DNA of 64,000 nucleotides from Lama guanicoe (lineage: Eukaryota), in NCBI GenBank assembly GCA_013239625.1, contig MU053304.1, forward strand, positions 868,001-932,000, written 5' to 3'. This document shows positions 1 to 13,718 of this stretch, piece after piece. Position 1 is the first letter of the stretch. Each line of letters begins with the position of its first letter. The position numbers and the translations under genes are program-made. The notes under the pieces are model-generated. The model was not told the origin of the DNA and ran no database searches. It was given only the letters and a program-made list of their open reading frames with translations.

Positions 1-1859
1 GGGCCCAGCGTAGGGCCTAGCACACAGGAGGTAAATACAGGTTTGCCACTGTCATCTGTCCAGCCATCTGTTTGACCAGCCGTCTGTCTGTCTACCTGTC
101 CACCTGTCCATCAGTGAGCCAGGAACTGCTGTAGGCACTAGGAATACAGCAGTCATCAAAAACAAACTCCTTGTCCTCATGAAGTTTACATGCTAAGTGG
201 GGGAAATAGACAATAAACAAACATGATATGCAAGGTGGTTGTAAGTGCCACAGAGAAAAATAAATCAGGATCAAGTGTCTCACTAGACTCTCCAAGTATT
301 TAATCTGAAGCCAACAAGTGTGATTTCTCAAACACTGAGACAGGGACTTTGTGGGGATACTTTGTGGCTTGCCCTCCATGAGCTTATTTATAAACTGGCT
401 GGGAAACAAAAATCCTATACACACAGGAAACCACTAGGGAACAACAAATCGCCTGCCAGCCATGTGTCATACATGCCTAGGAGCTGCTCAGAGGAGAGAC
501 TGATTACTGGGGTTGGCAGGGAGGTGTAAGTGAATACCCCTACCAGGCTTCTGATCCAGGAACAAGGGAAGGAATATGCTTATTCCTTATTTTGGAGAGG
601 CTAGTTCATACCCAGCATAAGCAGAAAGCCTCAGATGCTTGTAAACCTCTTAAAGCTTTAGAACATGAATCAGGGCTTCTGAGAGATCATGGCTCGAGTC
701 AGAGGCTCTTCACACCAGGTCGTGGGAATACAATTTGATGGGAAACTCTTTATCTCTGTCCAGCTATTTGCCAAGTCCCAGCTCTGCGTGATGCCCAAGA
801 TCTTTGAAGGTAATTATCTCCTGGATGCAAGTTTAGTTTAAATAAATAACTTAGTGATTTGGAAATCACTGAGCGCATGCACCAAAGGAACTGCCCAGAT
901 CCCAGGAAACAGATGGGGAGTGCCCAGCAGCAGTGGGCTATTTTATACAGGTTGTGGGTATTTGAAAATGATGCTTTTGTTGGCAATCTCTTTTTGAAAA
1001 GGAGTCCTGGCTTAGGAGCATGGAGGAAGACACAAACTTGGAGCAGAGGCTGGATGGATGAAGAATAGGCAGAGAAATATGGGCCATACCATTCTGATTC
1101 AACTAAAATTCAGTGACTACCTACCTGCTGAAGTGCGGAGCTCTTTAACTGAGACAGGTTATCTCAAGATATAGCACCTACCTCACAGGGCGGCTGTGAG
1201 GAATAAGTCGGTACCCACGAAGCTTAGTGTCGAGCACATAGTAAGCATGCAATGAGTAGCCGTTACCATTTACTCCCCACGACAACCTTGAGGTAAACGT
1301 TATTCCCTCTGTACAAACGAGGAAGACGCTAACGGACATGATCAGGATCTGAAGCAAAGTCTGAGGCCAGAGTCCACAATCTTCCTGTTACACAATTTGG
1401 TTTGGGAGGGTTCTTCCCTACAGCTTTTACTTGTAAAAAGTGAGAGGGTAGAAAAGGAACTGCAACTTGAGAAACAATCAAGCTAAGCACTTTCTAAGGG
1501 ATTTTCTGAGGAAAGTTTATTATGAGGATAAGGCGGTGGGGAGAAGACTGAGACAGCCACGCACACTTTTTAGCTCAAGCCGGTTTCTTCTCGTTATCTC
1601 ATGCCAGTTACAGATTTCAGAGACATCATCTTGCACATGCACACAAGGAAAAGATAAGGTTCTTCAAGAGTAAAATCAACTGAAAAACAGCCCTTAGAAG
1701 GATCGTTTAGTCACTGCAGGAGATAAATGAGAAGACATTTAGGCCTCCGGGGACGGCAGTCCCAAGACGGATAAAATCACCTCTAATGTGCCCATGGACT
1801 CTGTCCCACATATTCTGTTAGTGCTCAGTTGTGGTCCTCACCGTTCTCAACAATACAGG

Positions 1860-2740
1860 GACTCAAAGTATATATGATCATACATTGTGTGCTAGGATTG
1901 TAGTGGTGAGCAAGACAACTGTGGGGGAAGATGGGCAAGTCAGCTAGGCAATAACTGATACTATGCTGTGACAAGGACATTTCGGGGTGATGCTGAGCCC
2001 TGGGGAAGCAGAGAGGACCTAGGCCAGCTCTGGTGGGGGAACTGGGGAGGGTTTCTTAGAGGAAGTCTCTTTTATTTTTAATTTTTTTTAAATTGAGGTA
2101 CAGTCACAATGTGCCAGTTTCTGGCATACAGCACAATGGACAGAGTCTCTCTTGGGACCTAAAGATCTAACTAGTAGATTCACCTGACCGTGAAGGAGAG
2201 AGTGGGAGAAAAGAGAAGAGGGCCTTTCAGGCAGAGGGAATGGTACGTGTAAAAGCCAGGTAAAAGCCAGGAGGTGACAGAAAGCCTGGGTCATTAAAGA
2301 AAGTGAAAGCGGTTCTGCGTGTGACATGGGAAAAGAATGAAGAGACTGGAGGCTGGAGAGGTGAGCAGCAGCTAACGTATTGTATAACTTTGTACATGTT
2401 GAAGAGAATCTGGACATTATTCAACAAAGAACCAGATTTTAAGCAGGAGACTAATACAATTTGCAATTTAGAAAGACCATTTTGGAGGATGGATTACAGT
2501 GAGCCAGGTCTAGAGGCAGACAATTAGGTGCTTGAACTAGGGGTAGTGAACAGTGGAGGTGGGTGGATGAACTGGAGAGATACTTGAGAGGCTGAACACT
2601 GAGTCAAGAGTGAAGGCTCTCTGGGTTTCTGATGTGGATCACCAAGTGGAAGGGTTGTCATTTTGCTTCAAGGAGTAGAAGCAGCTGGACGTGCTTTGCC
2701 TGTGCTATTTTATGTGCCAGTGAGGCAGCCCAGTGAGTGG
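1860..2740. mobile_element. L2 remnant(s)
   Basis: gattttaagcaggaga...gcaatttagaaagaccattttgg...ggatgaactggagagatact is L2-like text. Confidence 0.55.
2069..2140 (-). mobile_element. Very short L1 3' end inserted in an L2 remnant
   Basis: T-rich tail followed by aattgaggtacagtcacaatgtgccagtttctggcatacagca, flanked by repeated agtctct (2064-2070, 2145-2151). Confidence 0.6.
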
Positions 2741-3082
2741 CTGGATGTGCATCTCCCTTGCCTTCAACTCTGCACTGCGCCCACTGACACCATCGGGGAG
2801 TGGTTGCTGCCATTCTCCCTTCTGTTTCCTCTACTGAATGTGTCAGTTCCAGCTCCTGTCTTTGAACATGACTTCATTTCACCCTGTTCTGTTTCACTTC
2901 AGATTTCTTTGTTCCTCAGTTCTCTCAGTGCTATGTGTATCTAGGAAATCTTCCAGGAAAAAAAAAAATCAGGAAAACAGATAGTCTCATCATAATCTGA
3001 TCTCAGTGGCCATTTTACTTTAATAGCTTGCATTTTGAAAAGCTATAACCGTAAAGTTTAAGACCAAGATACATTTCTTATG

Positions 3083-3206
3083 TTTTTTTTGTGTGTGTGT
3101 GGGATAATTAGGTTTATTTTTCTATTTAATGGAGGTGCTGGGGATTGGACCCAAGACCTCGTGCACGCTGAGCATGTGCTCTACCACTTGAGTCACACCC
3201 TCCCCC
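3083..3206 (-). mobile_element. tRNA-derived SINE (camelid Vic-1-like)
   Basis: Reverse complement ggggagggtgtgactcaagtggtagagcacatgctcagcgtgcacgaggtcttgggtccaatcccc has A- and B-box-like motifs and an AC/A tail. Degenerate TSD aagaccaagatacatttct / aaggctaaggtacaaattct. Homologous to the copies at 51889 and 55630. Confidence 0.88.
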
Positions 3207-4344
3207 AAGGCTAAGGTACAAATTCTGAGTTGCACTGTTTACCAGGAACTAGTGCTGACTGCTCCCTGAAGTTCAATCTATTATTTTAGAAGGAATTTAT
3301 TAACTTTGGCCAGAGACCAGTGAATGTACTTTTCCCAGACTACTCAATTTTGGACAGTGACATCATTGAAAGACTTCTGTTTTTTAAACATTTCATATAT
3401 TATGGGAAATGTTAAGAGATAACTCTGTCTGAAATGCAAGCAATGTTAAGAGCTTTGAACAGGAAGGACGTAGCTAATGAGAGGCTAGGAAATGAGATAA
3501 TCTCTTTTATAGAATCATCTGATATTGAGGAAACAAGGAATTTACAAAGAAGGGGATACAATGAAATTAACCAATGAGTGGAGCCATCCTTTGGGATCAG
3601 TAACCTTTAGACCCGGGCCTAACAACACAGCTGTGGTAGACAAGTGGATGGAACTAATCTACCCCGGAGTTTGTTTCCTCTAAGTATTTCCCCTCCTCGA
3701 CTCTGAAGGCTATACCTTAAATTAATAAGTGAAACAATCAAGGTTGGAGTAAAGAACCACTCATGTATAAATGCTGAAAATTACCTACTTCTATTTTAAT
3801 AGTTAAAGGCCAAGACACAAAAACCCCTAAAAAACCAAATGTCTGTGTTTATTACATTTAAATTATACCTCAATTTTTAAAACATGAAAAAAGTCAGAAA
3901 ATGAGAAAAAAAAAGGTACTTAATTAGATCATGTGGATAAATAAAATGAAATAATTTATATATACTGTCCTTAACAGGGTCAAAAGCAGGGAACAATAAA
4001 CAAAGCTTATTTTTAAAATGCTTCTGAGCTGCCTAAACAGACTACACTTCCCTTGGATCATGAAAGGGACTTCTTCAGTAGTGCTGGCATCCCACACCCT
4101 CAATCCTGTTTAAACAAAACTGCGAGAATTCTTGGAGTAATAAACAAGGGTTGACTGTTTTCCTTTCTTATTTTTTCCATTATTTTTCAAACAACCTATA
4201 AAATATTTAACTCTTTCACCAATATTAAAGTCATGCACACTCAGCAAGCAAGGAGTTAGCTCTTTGGATTTAGGCATTTCATGCTGAGAGGAAAGGATAT
4301 CAGATCCACTTACTGAAAACCAGGCTAAAAAACAAACAAGTCCT

Positions 4345-4564
4345 TGTCCATCTGGAGATTTTAATATATTTATTTGAAAACCAACTTATGTGAAAGAGCA
4401 CACGAAATAGTCATATATCTTCTCTTCAGCCAAAGACTTGGAGACAAGGCCAGCACAGAGGCAATGGATGATACATGCAGTGAATAGCAGGTGTCAGCAT
4501 GAACTTCCTTACGGGTATTTTCAGTGTGACCCCGGGCAATCTTCTTCAGACGAGCAACAGAATC
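4345..4564 (-). other. PSMD1: PSMD1 non-coding terminal exon (3' UTR); 3' end approximate
   Basis: Pyrimidine tract plus ccag acceptor (tctcatttcttcaccag|GATTCTG). AATAAA at 4369-4374, followed by a downstream U/GU-rich element (cttgtttgtttttt). Confidence 0.75.
4369..4374 (-). terminator. PSMD1: PSMD1 proximal polyadenylation signal AATAAA
   Basis: tttatt on the + strand, with ATTAAA adjacent at 4360-4365 and a GU-rich tract about 30-45 nt downstream on the minus strand. Confidence 0.7.
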
Positions 4565-5598
4565 CTGGTGAAGAAATGAGAGCGAGAAGTAGAGCTATTC
4601 TTTATTTTAAAAACTTTTTTTTTTTGAAAAGAATAACTACTAGCTGTTGAAGCATAAAACTAGCCCCAACCCTGATCACGTAGTCCTAATATGCCAGTTT
4701 GTGCTTAGACAGACTAGTTTTCAAATTCTTATTGGACTGAGTATTTTATCCTTTTGAAAACTAACAAGAATCCAATTTCCAACTGAAAACTTCTAAGCCA
4801 TCCTGTAGTTAACTGCCCTGAAAGACCTCATCAGGGAGGTTTCAGGAAGGCATTGTGAAAGGCTGAACGGGCTTAGTGTGAGTTCAGTTCTGCACAGAGA
4901 CTGAGAGCTCACGGTATTAATACTGTCGTGGGCTGGTTAGGTAAAGCTTAGGGAACCATCAAGAGCTGAAAGATAATTTTCAAAAATAAGCAGGGAATAT
5001 ATAAATCTCGAAGCTGTCTCTCAGAAGTTTGAATATATTTTTCTATATTTTGAAACCAATGGCAGGGTTTCTGCCTTAATATTTATCTGAGATTTTTATA
5101 AAAGCTTTCATTAATTGCCAGTCAGTTTGTAATAGTCATGGTGCCGATTTGCAATCTGACATTTAAACGTATCTTTCTGTCATGTAATAACTGATACTGT
5201 TCTTATTTTCTTTAAAGAATAGCATAAATTCATATTTATTTGACAACGTATTTGTACTAGTGTGGAATTAGAGAACCTTCTTTATGCAATTTATATGCAT
5301 CTTCAAATATGAGGTGACCATTCAAAAAATGGGGGACACAGAATGACAATTTCATAAAATTAGATTATTCCAATATTCTGTATCTAAAAACCCCTTCAAC
5401 ATTATAATAATAATAATCTTTTTTCAACTACACAAAGCTTTGTGTTATAGTCTGACCCCAAAGTACCTATAAGCACCATTTTTTATACATATTAGATGTT
5501 CAACAGCTTCATTAAATAAATGAATGTTAAGCCTTTTGGTGCCAAAAACTGCCAAAGGAAAGGAAGAGAGAGAAAAGAATCAATGAAGGATTTAGACT

Positions 5599-5880
5599 TG
5601 TGCTACTCAAAGTGTGATCTACCAACCAGTGCCAGTCCATAAACTATAACTGACCTGCAACAAGGAGCTTGCATCGAAATGTAAATCGACTCCACCACTG
5701 AGCAGACTGTCAGATCAGCAGACTTTTTTAGGGAATTTTTTAGCGTCACGGGGTAGCAAGGCTTTTTTTTTTTTTTTTAAATGAAAAAGCATCGAGTAGA
5801 GTTATATTCTGAACTAAGATCCCTACTTTCTCATGGACCTATGAAAACAATTTGCAGTCCAGCCACTTTGAACAGCACTG
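5599..5880. mobile_element. hAT-Charlie-type non-autonomous DNA transposon
   Basis: Imperfect terminal inverted repeats gtgctactcaaagtg ... cactttgaacagcac. Confidence 0.55.
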
Positions 5881-6105
5881 GTGGAACACTGGAGGGCAGA
5901 GAGTCAAAGAAGAAAGAAAAAAGGAACTGGTGGTTACGTATGCAAGAAGAGGTCAAAAAATGGGAAGTTTCAATACTGTTTAGGTAAACAGGGATTAAGC
6001 AGAACAGGAAAAAAGGGAGAAAATGTTCCTGCATAAAACATCTGTGAAGTATAACAGAGAGGTTTCCCTTGATATACAATTTTGTTCCACACACACCTCT
6101 GGTCC

Positions 6106-6252
<147 letters not shown>

Positions 6253-6704
6253 CTATAAAGAGAGGGAATGAAGAAGTACAAGCTCCACTCATATTTCCAG
6301 GTTGCTCCAGAATCTAGAGGGCAAATTTGTTAAGTGGGACCTTAAAGCTACTGGAATGATTTGGACGTAAAGAACTAGGATGGAACTACACTTTCTAAGA
6401 TGAGAGTCAGACAACCTGGGCATTTGGCCTTTGTGATGCTATACCAGTGACTTAACCAAGCTGTTCAACTATAAGAAGGGGCCAGTGAAGACTGAATGAG
6501 GACAGCAGTGTCAAGGTGCATAACAAAGGATAAAGATGACTGTCATCAGTAGGAATATTTGCAAACTCGGCCCAGTGTCTCTAGATGACAGAACATGTGG
6601 TATTGCTGTCTGGACGGTGCATGTCAATTTAAGAATATTTCTGAGTACTAGCCTCTGCTGGACTGCAGGGAGAACATTTACTATCCAAATACAGTATTCT
6701 AACA

Positions 6705-6862
6705 CCTTGCGCTACTCAACGCGTGGTCCTGGACCAGCGGCATCATTGTTCCCTGGGAGCTTGTGAGAAACGTAGAAACGTGGCCTTACTCTAGATCTTT
6801 CAGTCTGTATCTCATCAAGATACCAAGGTGATTTGTATGCATGTTGAAATTTGAGATGCACG
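6705..6862. mobile_element. MER5-family hAT MITE
   Basis: gctactcaacgcgtggtcctggaccagcggcatca...ctgggagcttgtgagaaa...aatttgagatgcac. Confidence 0.65.
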
Positions 6863-8139
6863 TCAGCCTAACAGATACTTTATCATTTGTGAGACAAACA
6901 TCATTTTGGACACAAAAGACAATCTACAAATGAAAAGCCAATTTTTCTCCAGCAATTTTAGAATGACAGAGACTACAATATAAATAACACACATCTGAGG
7001 GTTTTTCACTTTAATCTACAAATCCTTGTGATACAAGACAGTGAAGAACTAGTTGGGAAACAAAAGGGAAGTAGAATGTAGAAGCATTCTATTAAGCCCT
7101 TTCCCAAACATATTAGTGCAAGGTAAATCCAAACACCAAACTGTTCGCCCATCTCTGGTGTGCTAATCTTATTCTATTTGCTTGCTTGTGTCAAAGGAAA
7201 TGGAAAGCTGCTCTCTGTAATTAGATCAGTCAACAGTGGCAGGCACATCTGGAAAAAACATATTTCTACCAAAGCACATTACTGGGAAGGAAAAGAAGCA
7301 CAAGCACATTAGTTAAATGATTCGCATGTGTCTAAGCATCTCTGTAGTTCAACCTAATCTAATTCCCACTCATCAGAATTTTGCCCTGCCACGCTATAAA
7401 ACTGGTGTGCCTTCTGAATTTTTAAACCCTTTTCCTTCTCTCAACACACACATATCCATACATCTATAACCTTTTCCCTTGAAAAATTTGCTTTTCTTAA
7501 AGAGGAGTCATTTTTATGAATGGACCCTGCCTTTACTACCAATATTTACCCAAGAACAGAGTAACATGGACATTATCCTAATACTCCATAGCCTAAAAAA
7601 TTACTTGAACCTTCTAAAGGGCCAAATGGAGATGAATCTTTCAGAAAACAGAAGAAAATACCCATATTCTCAAGGGACTCCCTATATTTTGGAAACATAT
7701 GGCCCAGGTTATAACTGTACTATTTCATGCCTAACTGGAATGATCCAACCCAAATCCTGCAATATGATCAACATATGGGAAGAGCTTTTTATAGTTACAT
7801 GGCTTAGATTTATTAATGCCTTATACGTTAGAGAGAAAATTCACTCTTTAAGCAGAGAATAAGATACTTGACATTCTTGTTTTCTGAGAAGGCTAGTGAC
7901 AACTGAAGACAGAGGCAATGGAACACTTTCTGTTCCCAAATGCTCCATACTCTCTATAAGACATCTTTTAAAACAGACAGAAAACAGAGTAGGAAAGCAA
8001 CCCATTTTCAAAACTAAAGCTGCCTCTTTCGAATACAGTGTCTGAGGAAGGGTCTGATGACCCTGCCATCGAGGGGACTGGAGGAAAGAGTCAGGGGGCA
8101 CTCCTTTCATCACTGCACACATGCACAGAGGCAGTCTTT

Positions 8140-10200
8140 TCTTTCTTTCTTAAAACTGAGATACAATTCACACAAGTCAACTCTTCTAAAGAGTACAATT
8201 CAATGATTTTTTTTTTTTTAGTATATTCACAAAGTCGTGCAACCACCTCCACTTATCTTATTCAAGAACACATTAATCAATCTAAAAGAAACCCTGTGCC
8301 CAGTAGCAGTCACTCTCTGTTTTCCCCTACTCCCAGGCCCTGCAGAAGCTAAAGCAACTTCAGTCTCTGTGGATTTGTCTCCCTGGACATCTTAAGTAAA
8401 GAGAATCACACAACACGTGGCTTTTTGTGTCTGGCTTTTTTCACTTAGTGTAATGTTTTTAAGGTTCAAATACGTTGCAGTATGTCCTTTCTTTTTTGGC
8501 TGAATAGTATTTCATTGCATGTATCACAGTTTGTTTATCCATTCACCACTTGACGGACATCTGAGTTGTTTCTACTTTTTGGCTGTTATGTATAAAGCTG
8601 ATATAAACATTAGTGTACGAGTGTTTGTGTGGACATGGTTTTCATTCTCTTGGGCGTATACTTGAAGAGTGGAACTGCTGGGTCATATGGAAAGTCACAT
8701 TTAACTTTTTGAGGAACTGCCAAACTGGTTTCCATAGAGGCTGCAACAGTTTACATTCCCACCACTACTACATGACAGTTCCAATTTCCCACATCCTTTC
8801 TATCTTTGATCTACAAATCCATTGTCTGTCTTTTTGACTACAGCCATCCTAGCGGGTGTGGTATCTCCTTGTGGTTTTGATTTATATTTCCCTAATGATG
8901 AATGATGCTGAGCATCTTTTCATGTGCTTTTGGCCATTTGTAAATCATCTTTGGAGAAATGCCTATTCAAATCCTTTGCCCATTTGAAAAATAGGTTATT
9001 TGTCTTTTTACTATTGGGTTTTAAGTTAAAAAAATTTGGATATAAGTCTCTTATCAGATCTATGATTTGAAAATATTTTTTATTCTGTGGGTTTTCTTTC
9101 TGCTTTTTTTGACACCATCTTTTGCTACACAAAAGTTTTTAATTTGATAGAGTCCACTTTATCTTTTTTGGGGGTTGCTTATGCTTTAGATGTCACACAT
9201 AAGAAAGCACTGCCTAATTCAAGATCACGAAGATTTACATATATGTTTTCTTCTAAGGGTTTTACAGTGTTTGCTCTTACATCTAAGTCTTTGATCCATT
9301 TTCAGTTACTTTTTACATATCGATATAAGGTAGGATCCAACTTTAACTCTTCTGCAGATGGATATCCAGCTGTCTTTCTTGTAAAGACTATTCTTTCTCC
9401 ATTGAATGGTCTTAGCATCCTTGTCAAAAATTAACTGACCATAAACATATGGGTTTATTTTTGGACTCTCAGTTTAAATCTATTTATCTGGATGTCTATC
9501 CTTATATCAATACTACAGTCTTCATTACTGTAGCTTTGTAGTAAGTTTTGAAATTGGGGAATGTGATTCTTCCAACTTTATTGTTCTTTTTGAGATTGTT
9601 TTGGCTATTCCGGCTGGGTCTCTTGCATTTCCATATGAATTTTAGGATCAGCTTGTTAATTTCTGGGGAAAAAAGTCAGCTGGGATTCTGATAAGGACTC
9701 TATTCAATTGATACATCAAAATGGGGAGTACTGCCATCTTAAATATTAAATCTTCCAATTCATGAATTATTGCTCTGTATACTTCTTTTCTTGTAATGTT
9801 GTTGCCTGGTTTTACAATTAGAGTCATACTGGCCTCACAGAATGAGTTCGGTAGTGTTCCCCCTCTCCTATTTTTTAGAAGAGTTTGTAAAGGATCAGTG
9901 CTAATTTTTTTAACATTTGATAGGATTAATCAGTGAAGCCATCTAGCCCTGGGCTTTTCTTTGTTGTTTTCTGATTATTAATTCAATTCCTCTACTTATT
10001 TATCTATTCAGGTTTTCTATTTCTTCTTAAGTCAGTTATAGTAGTTTGTGTCTTTCTAGGAATTCGCCTCTTTCATCTAGATTATTCATAGTATTCTCTC
10101 ATGATCCTTTTATTTCTGTTAAGGTTGGCAGTAATATCCCCTCTTTGTTTCCTGATTTTAGTAATCTGAGTCTTCCGCCTTTAGTCTTTTTTTTTGATTA
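8140..10200 (-). mobile_element. Old LINE-1 (L1MB-like) 3' UTR and ORF2 fragments
   Basis: ORF2-like peptide [12 protein letters not shown] (ORF 8920..9132) and typical antisense L1 text. Apparent internal jump near 9770. Confidence 0.85.
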
Positions 10201-10314
10201 AACAAACAGGAATTTATTTGCCATATATAGTAAGAATAATTATAACAATAATCAACATTTATTATACACATATTACGTGCTAGACATGGTTCTGTATGGT
10301 TCATGTATGTGCCA

Positions 10315-10700
10315 AACATGCCTATATGTTTGTGCCGCCCCAAAATTCATATTTTGAAATCCTACCCACCCCCAAAGTGATGGTGTGAGGAAGTGAACCT
10401 TCAGGATGCAATTAGGTCATGAGGGAAAAGCTGTCAGGAATGCAATTAGTGTCCTTGTAAGAAGAGACATGCAGAGACCTTGCTTCTTCTCTCTCTGCTA
10501 TGTGAGGATACAATGTGAAGAGGGCTGTCTACAAGCTTACAAGCTAGGATGCGGGCCTTTACCAAGAACTCACTCATGCTGGCACCCTGATCTTGGACTT
10601 TCAGTCTCAGAACTGTGAGAAATAAATGTTTGTTGTTTAAGTCACCCAGGCTTAATTGGTAGGTGACAATCTGTTACAGCAGCCAGAAGAAAGTCAGACA
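10315..10700 (+). mobile_element. MaLR solo LTR (MLT1A-like)
   Basis: ccccaaaattcatattttgaaatccta...gatcttggactttcagtctcagaactgtgagaaataaatgtttgttgtttaagtcaccc...gtcagaca matches the MLT1A pattern as I recall it. Confidence 0.8.
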
Positions 10701-10709
10701 CATTTCAGT

Positions 10710-11830
10710 GCAAATTACGTTTTTACAGTGTGTACATATCAATACTAATTTATGATTGCTTTATCCATTGTCTTTAAATCACTTAAAAGAGAAAGAGTTA
10801 CAAACAAAAATACATTCAAACTATCTTTTATATTTATCTATAGAGTAATGTTTACCAGTGCTCTTTATTTTTTCATGACTTCAACTTTGTCTAGTGTCCT
10901 TTCATTTCAGCCTGAGGGGGTCAATATTAGTATTTCTTACATGGCAGGTTGGCTGGCAACAAAGTCTCTTAGTTCTTATCTGTGAATGTCACAATTTTTG
11001 CCTTCATTTCTGAAGGACAGTTTTGCTAGATTTAGCATTCTTGGTTGAGTCTTTTCTTTCAGCGCTCTGAACCACAGAACTCTGGCTTCCGTGGTTTCTA
11101 ATGACAAATCAGCTGTTGATCTTTTAGTGGTGAGCACACTGCTGTTACAATAATAATGTTGTACACACAAAACTTAATATTGGCAATAAAACAATGCTAG
11201 CTCAAGTAAAAAAAAGAAAAAAGAAAAAAGATCCCCTCTTTGTCTCTGAGCAGGGTGATTATGATGTGTGTAGGTGTGGATCTCTCTCTTACTGAGCATC
11301 CTGGATATGTAGATGAGTGCTATTCATACAATCTGGGACGTTTTCTGTCATTTCCTCAAGCAGTCTTATTTTATGATGTAAACTTTTGGTTTACAGGGTC
11401 ACACAAGAAAAGAAAAGCTCCCCCAAATCTATGTGGACTTCTATCCTTTGCTCCCTCCTTTTGGGACTCCCATTACCCCATTTCTGTGTATGCTGGTGTG
11501 CCTGATAGTTTTTAACAGGTCTCTGAGGCTCTGTTCACTTCTTTTTCACCTTTTGTTTTTGGGCTGTCCCTCAGATGATCTATCTTCAACTTTGCTCAAG
11601 TCTGCTTGGATCAGCTGTTGAGCTCCTCTAGCAAAATTTTCATTTCAGTTACTGTAGTTATTCTGCAACACCAGAATGTCTATTTGATTACTGTTTATAA
11701 TTTCTCTTTACTGACATTGACGATTTGTTGAGACATCATTCTTATCCTTTCCTTTAGTTCTTTACATTTAGTTCCTTTACATCTTGGAACTTATTTTAGT
11801 TGATTTAGTCTGCCTATTAAGTACAGTGTC
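10710..11830 (-). mobile_element. Old LINE-1 ORF1/inter-ORF fragment with nested short insertions
   Basis: ORF1-like peptide ADLSLET...PRMLNLAKLSFRNEG (ORF 10976..11170). Confidence 0.75.
11125..11229 (+). mobile_element. Short L1 3'-end insertion with poly(A), nested in the older L1
   Basis: tgttgtacacacaaaacttaatatt...ctcaagtaaaaaaaagaaaaaagaaaaaa resembles the L1 3' end at 33930-33980. Confidence 0.55.
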
Positions 11831-11859
11831 ACATGTCTGCGGACTTGTCACCAGCACCA

Positions 11860-12105
11860 AGTAATACTTATTGAGGATTTACCACATTCCAGATATTGTT
11901 TCAGGTGTTTATATATAACAATTTATTTAATCTTTATAATATTACTAGATGGTAGGTAGTATCACCATCCCAATTATTACAGATGAGGAAACAGAAACAG
12001 AAAGCAATTAAATGACCTGTCTCAGTCACACAGCTAAGAAATGGCAGAGCTGGAGTATAAACTCAGTTCTGCCCAACTCCAGCTCTTCTCTACTAAATAT
12101 AGCTA
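11860..12105 (-). mobile_element. MIR
   Basis: MIR core ttacagatgaggaaacagaaac...gtcacacagctaagaaatggcagagctgg. Confidence 0.75.
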
Positions 12106-12479
12106 TCTTCCATCCTCTGCCCTGCTCCTCTCTAGCTGATAATCTAGTCAGGTAAGACCTTGACTCATAATTGTGGGTAAGAGTTGTCACAACCATCAGG
12201 GATCACCTTCAAGTTCCTAAGAATGGGTTTACTGTTCTATAAGGATCTAGAAATCTTGTGTATGACATTTTTTAAAGATAGGTCCAGGATTTGGATGTAT
12301 TAAATGTGTCTACTAATGGCGCTCTAGTTTTCTAGATATAAGAACCTAGAAAATAAAGACATTATCATGCTCAAATTTCTGATCAGCATTTGTTTCTAAC
12401 ATGAAACATTCTGCTTCAGAATAAATTAAATGGCATAAAGATCCTTTTCTAACTGTAAAATAGAACACTCTAACTGCTT

Positions 12480-12680
12480 ATGTAGTAACTGTATTACTTT
12501 GTTCAGTCTTTATCACATTCCTACAAGTTAGGGATGGTAATTCTTATTTTACAGTAGTGGAAGCTGAGGTAGAGAGGATCAGCGCTTGGCTTAAGGTCAC
12601 AGTGGCTGAAAGTGGTAGAATCAGGATTCACACTCAGGCTGTCTGGCTCCAGAGTCTCCGGTACTAATTACTATGCTGTA
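12480..12680 (-). mobile_element. MIR
   Basis: ttttacagtagtggaagctgagg...taaggtcacag...gtggtagaatcaggattc. Confidence 0.65.
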
Positions 12681-12909
12681 TTAGGAACTTCTAATGATGG
12701 AAGCCTCTGGTGGATGCAGAATATTTGCAGCATTATACAAAGAAAAGCTCTCCCAAATCTATATAGAATGGAAGAGAATGCTCTCTCTTGCTAAGAGATT
12801 TATTAGTACTACAGAGCTTTCTCTAATACTTTGGAGATTTACCCTTCTCTATAAATATTCCATTGTCCTATAGATTAACATGCTTTTGGTACATAGCTAA
12901 GGGCCATTA

Positions 12910-13065
<156 letters not shown>

Positions 13066-13598
13066 CTAGAGGGGGAAAAAAAAAAGATTCACTTCTGTTC
13101 CACATCTCTGAATAATGTCTGATAAATTTACTGAGCAACTAGCAGGTGCAAAAGGTACTTAGGATTAGATATAATGGAAGTGAAGCTAAAGTGATAAAAA
13201 CTCAGACAAGACAGATGGTAACTCTGCTTGGGGGTGAGAACAGTATTTAACTTAGTTGTAAAGGATGAGGTTTTTCTATCAGCAGAGATATTTAAATAGA
13301 TGATATTCCCTTTTTCCCAAAGGGCCTTTCTTTCACACACCATCATCCTGCTGTCTGCTAAAAATCCTACTCTGCCTTTCAAAGCCCATTTTAGTTATCA
13401 CTTTATCCAAGAACTCATTCGTGATTTGTACCCTTCTATTCTTCCCATGAATGGATATAATTTCTAAAGTCTCTTCCAATTATAATTGTAATTATATGAG
13501 TCTGTATGCTTGGATAGGATAATTATTTAAAGGAGGCCAAGAGTAAAGTATAACAATGTTTAACTAAGGAAGAATCTGGACCATGACAGAAATAGCTA

Positions 13599-13718
<120 letters not shown>

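Noticed and set aside
7479..7862. 127-aa ORF
   Set aside because: It has a TTG start, no recognisable domain and AT-rich intronic composition, consistent with chance.
8613..11621. Many 60-115 aa ORFs
   Set aside because: They lie within old L1 or MaLR sequence and have no coherent exon structure.
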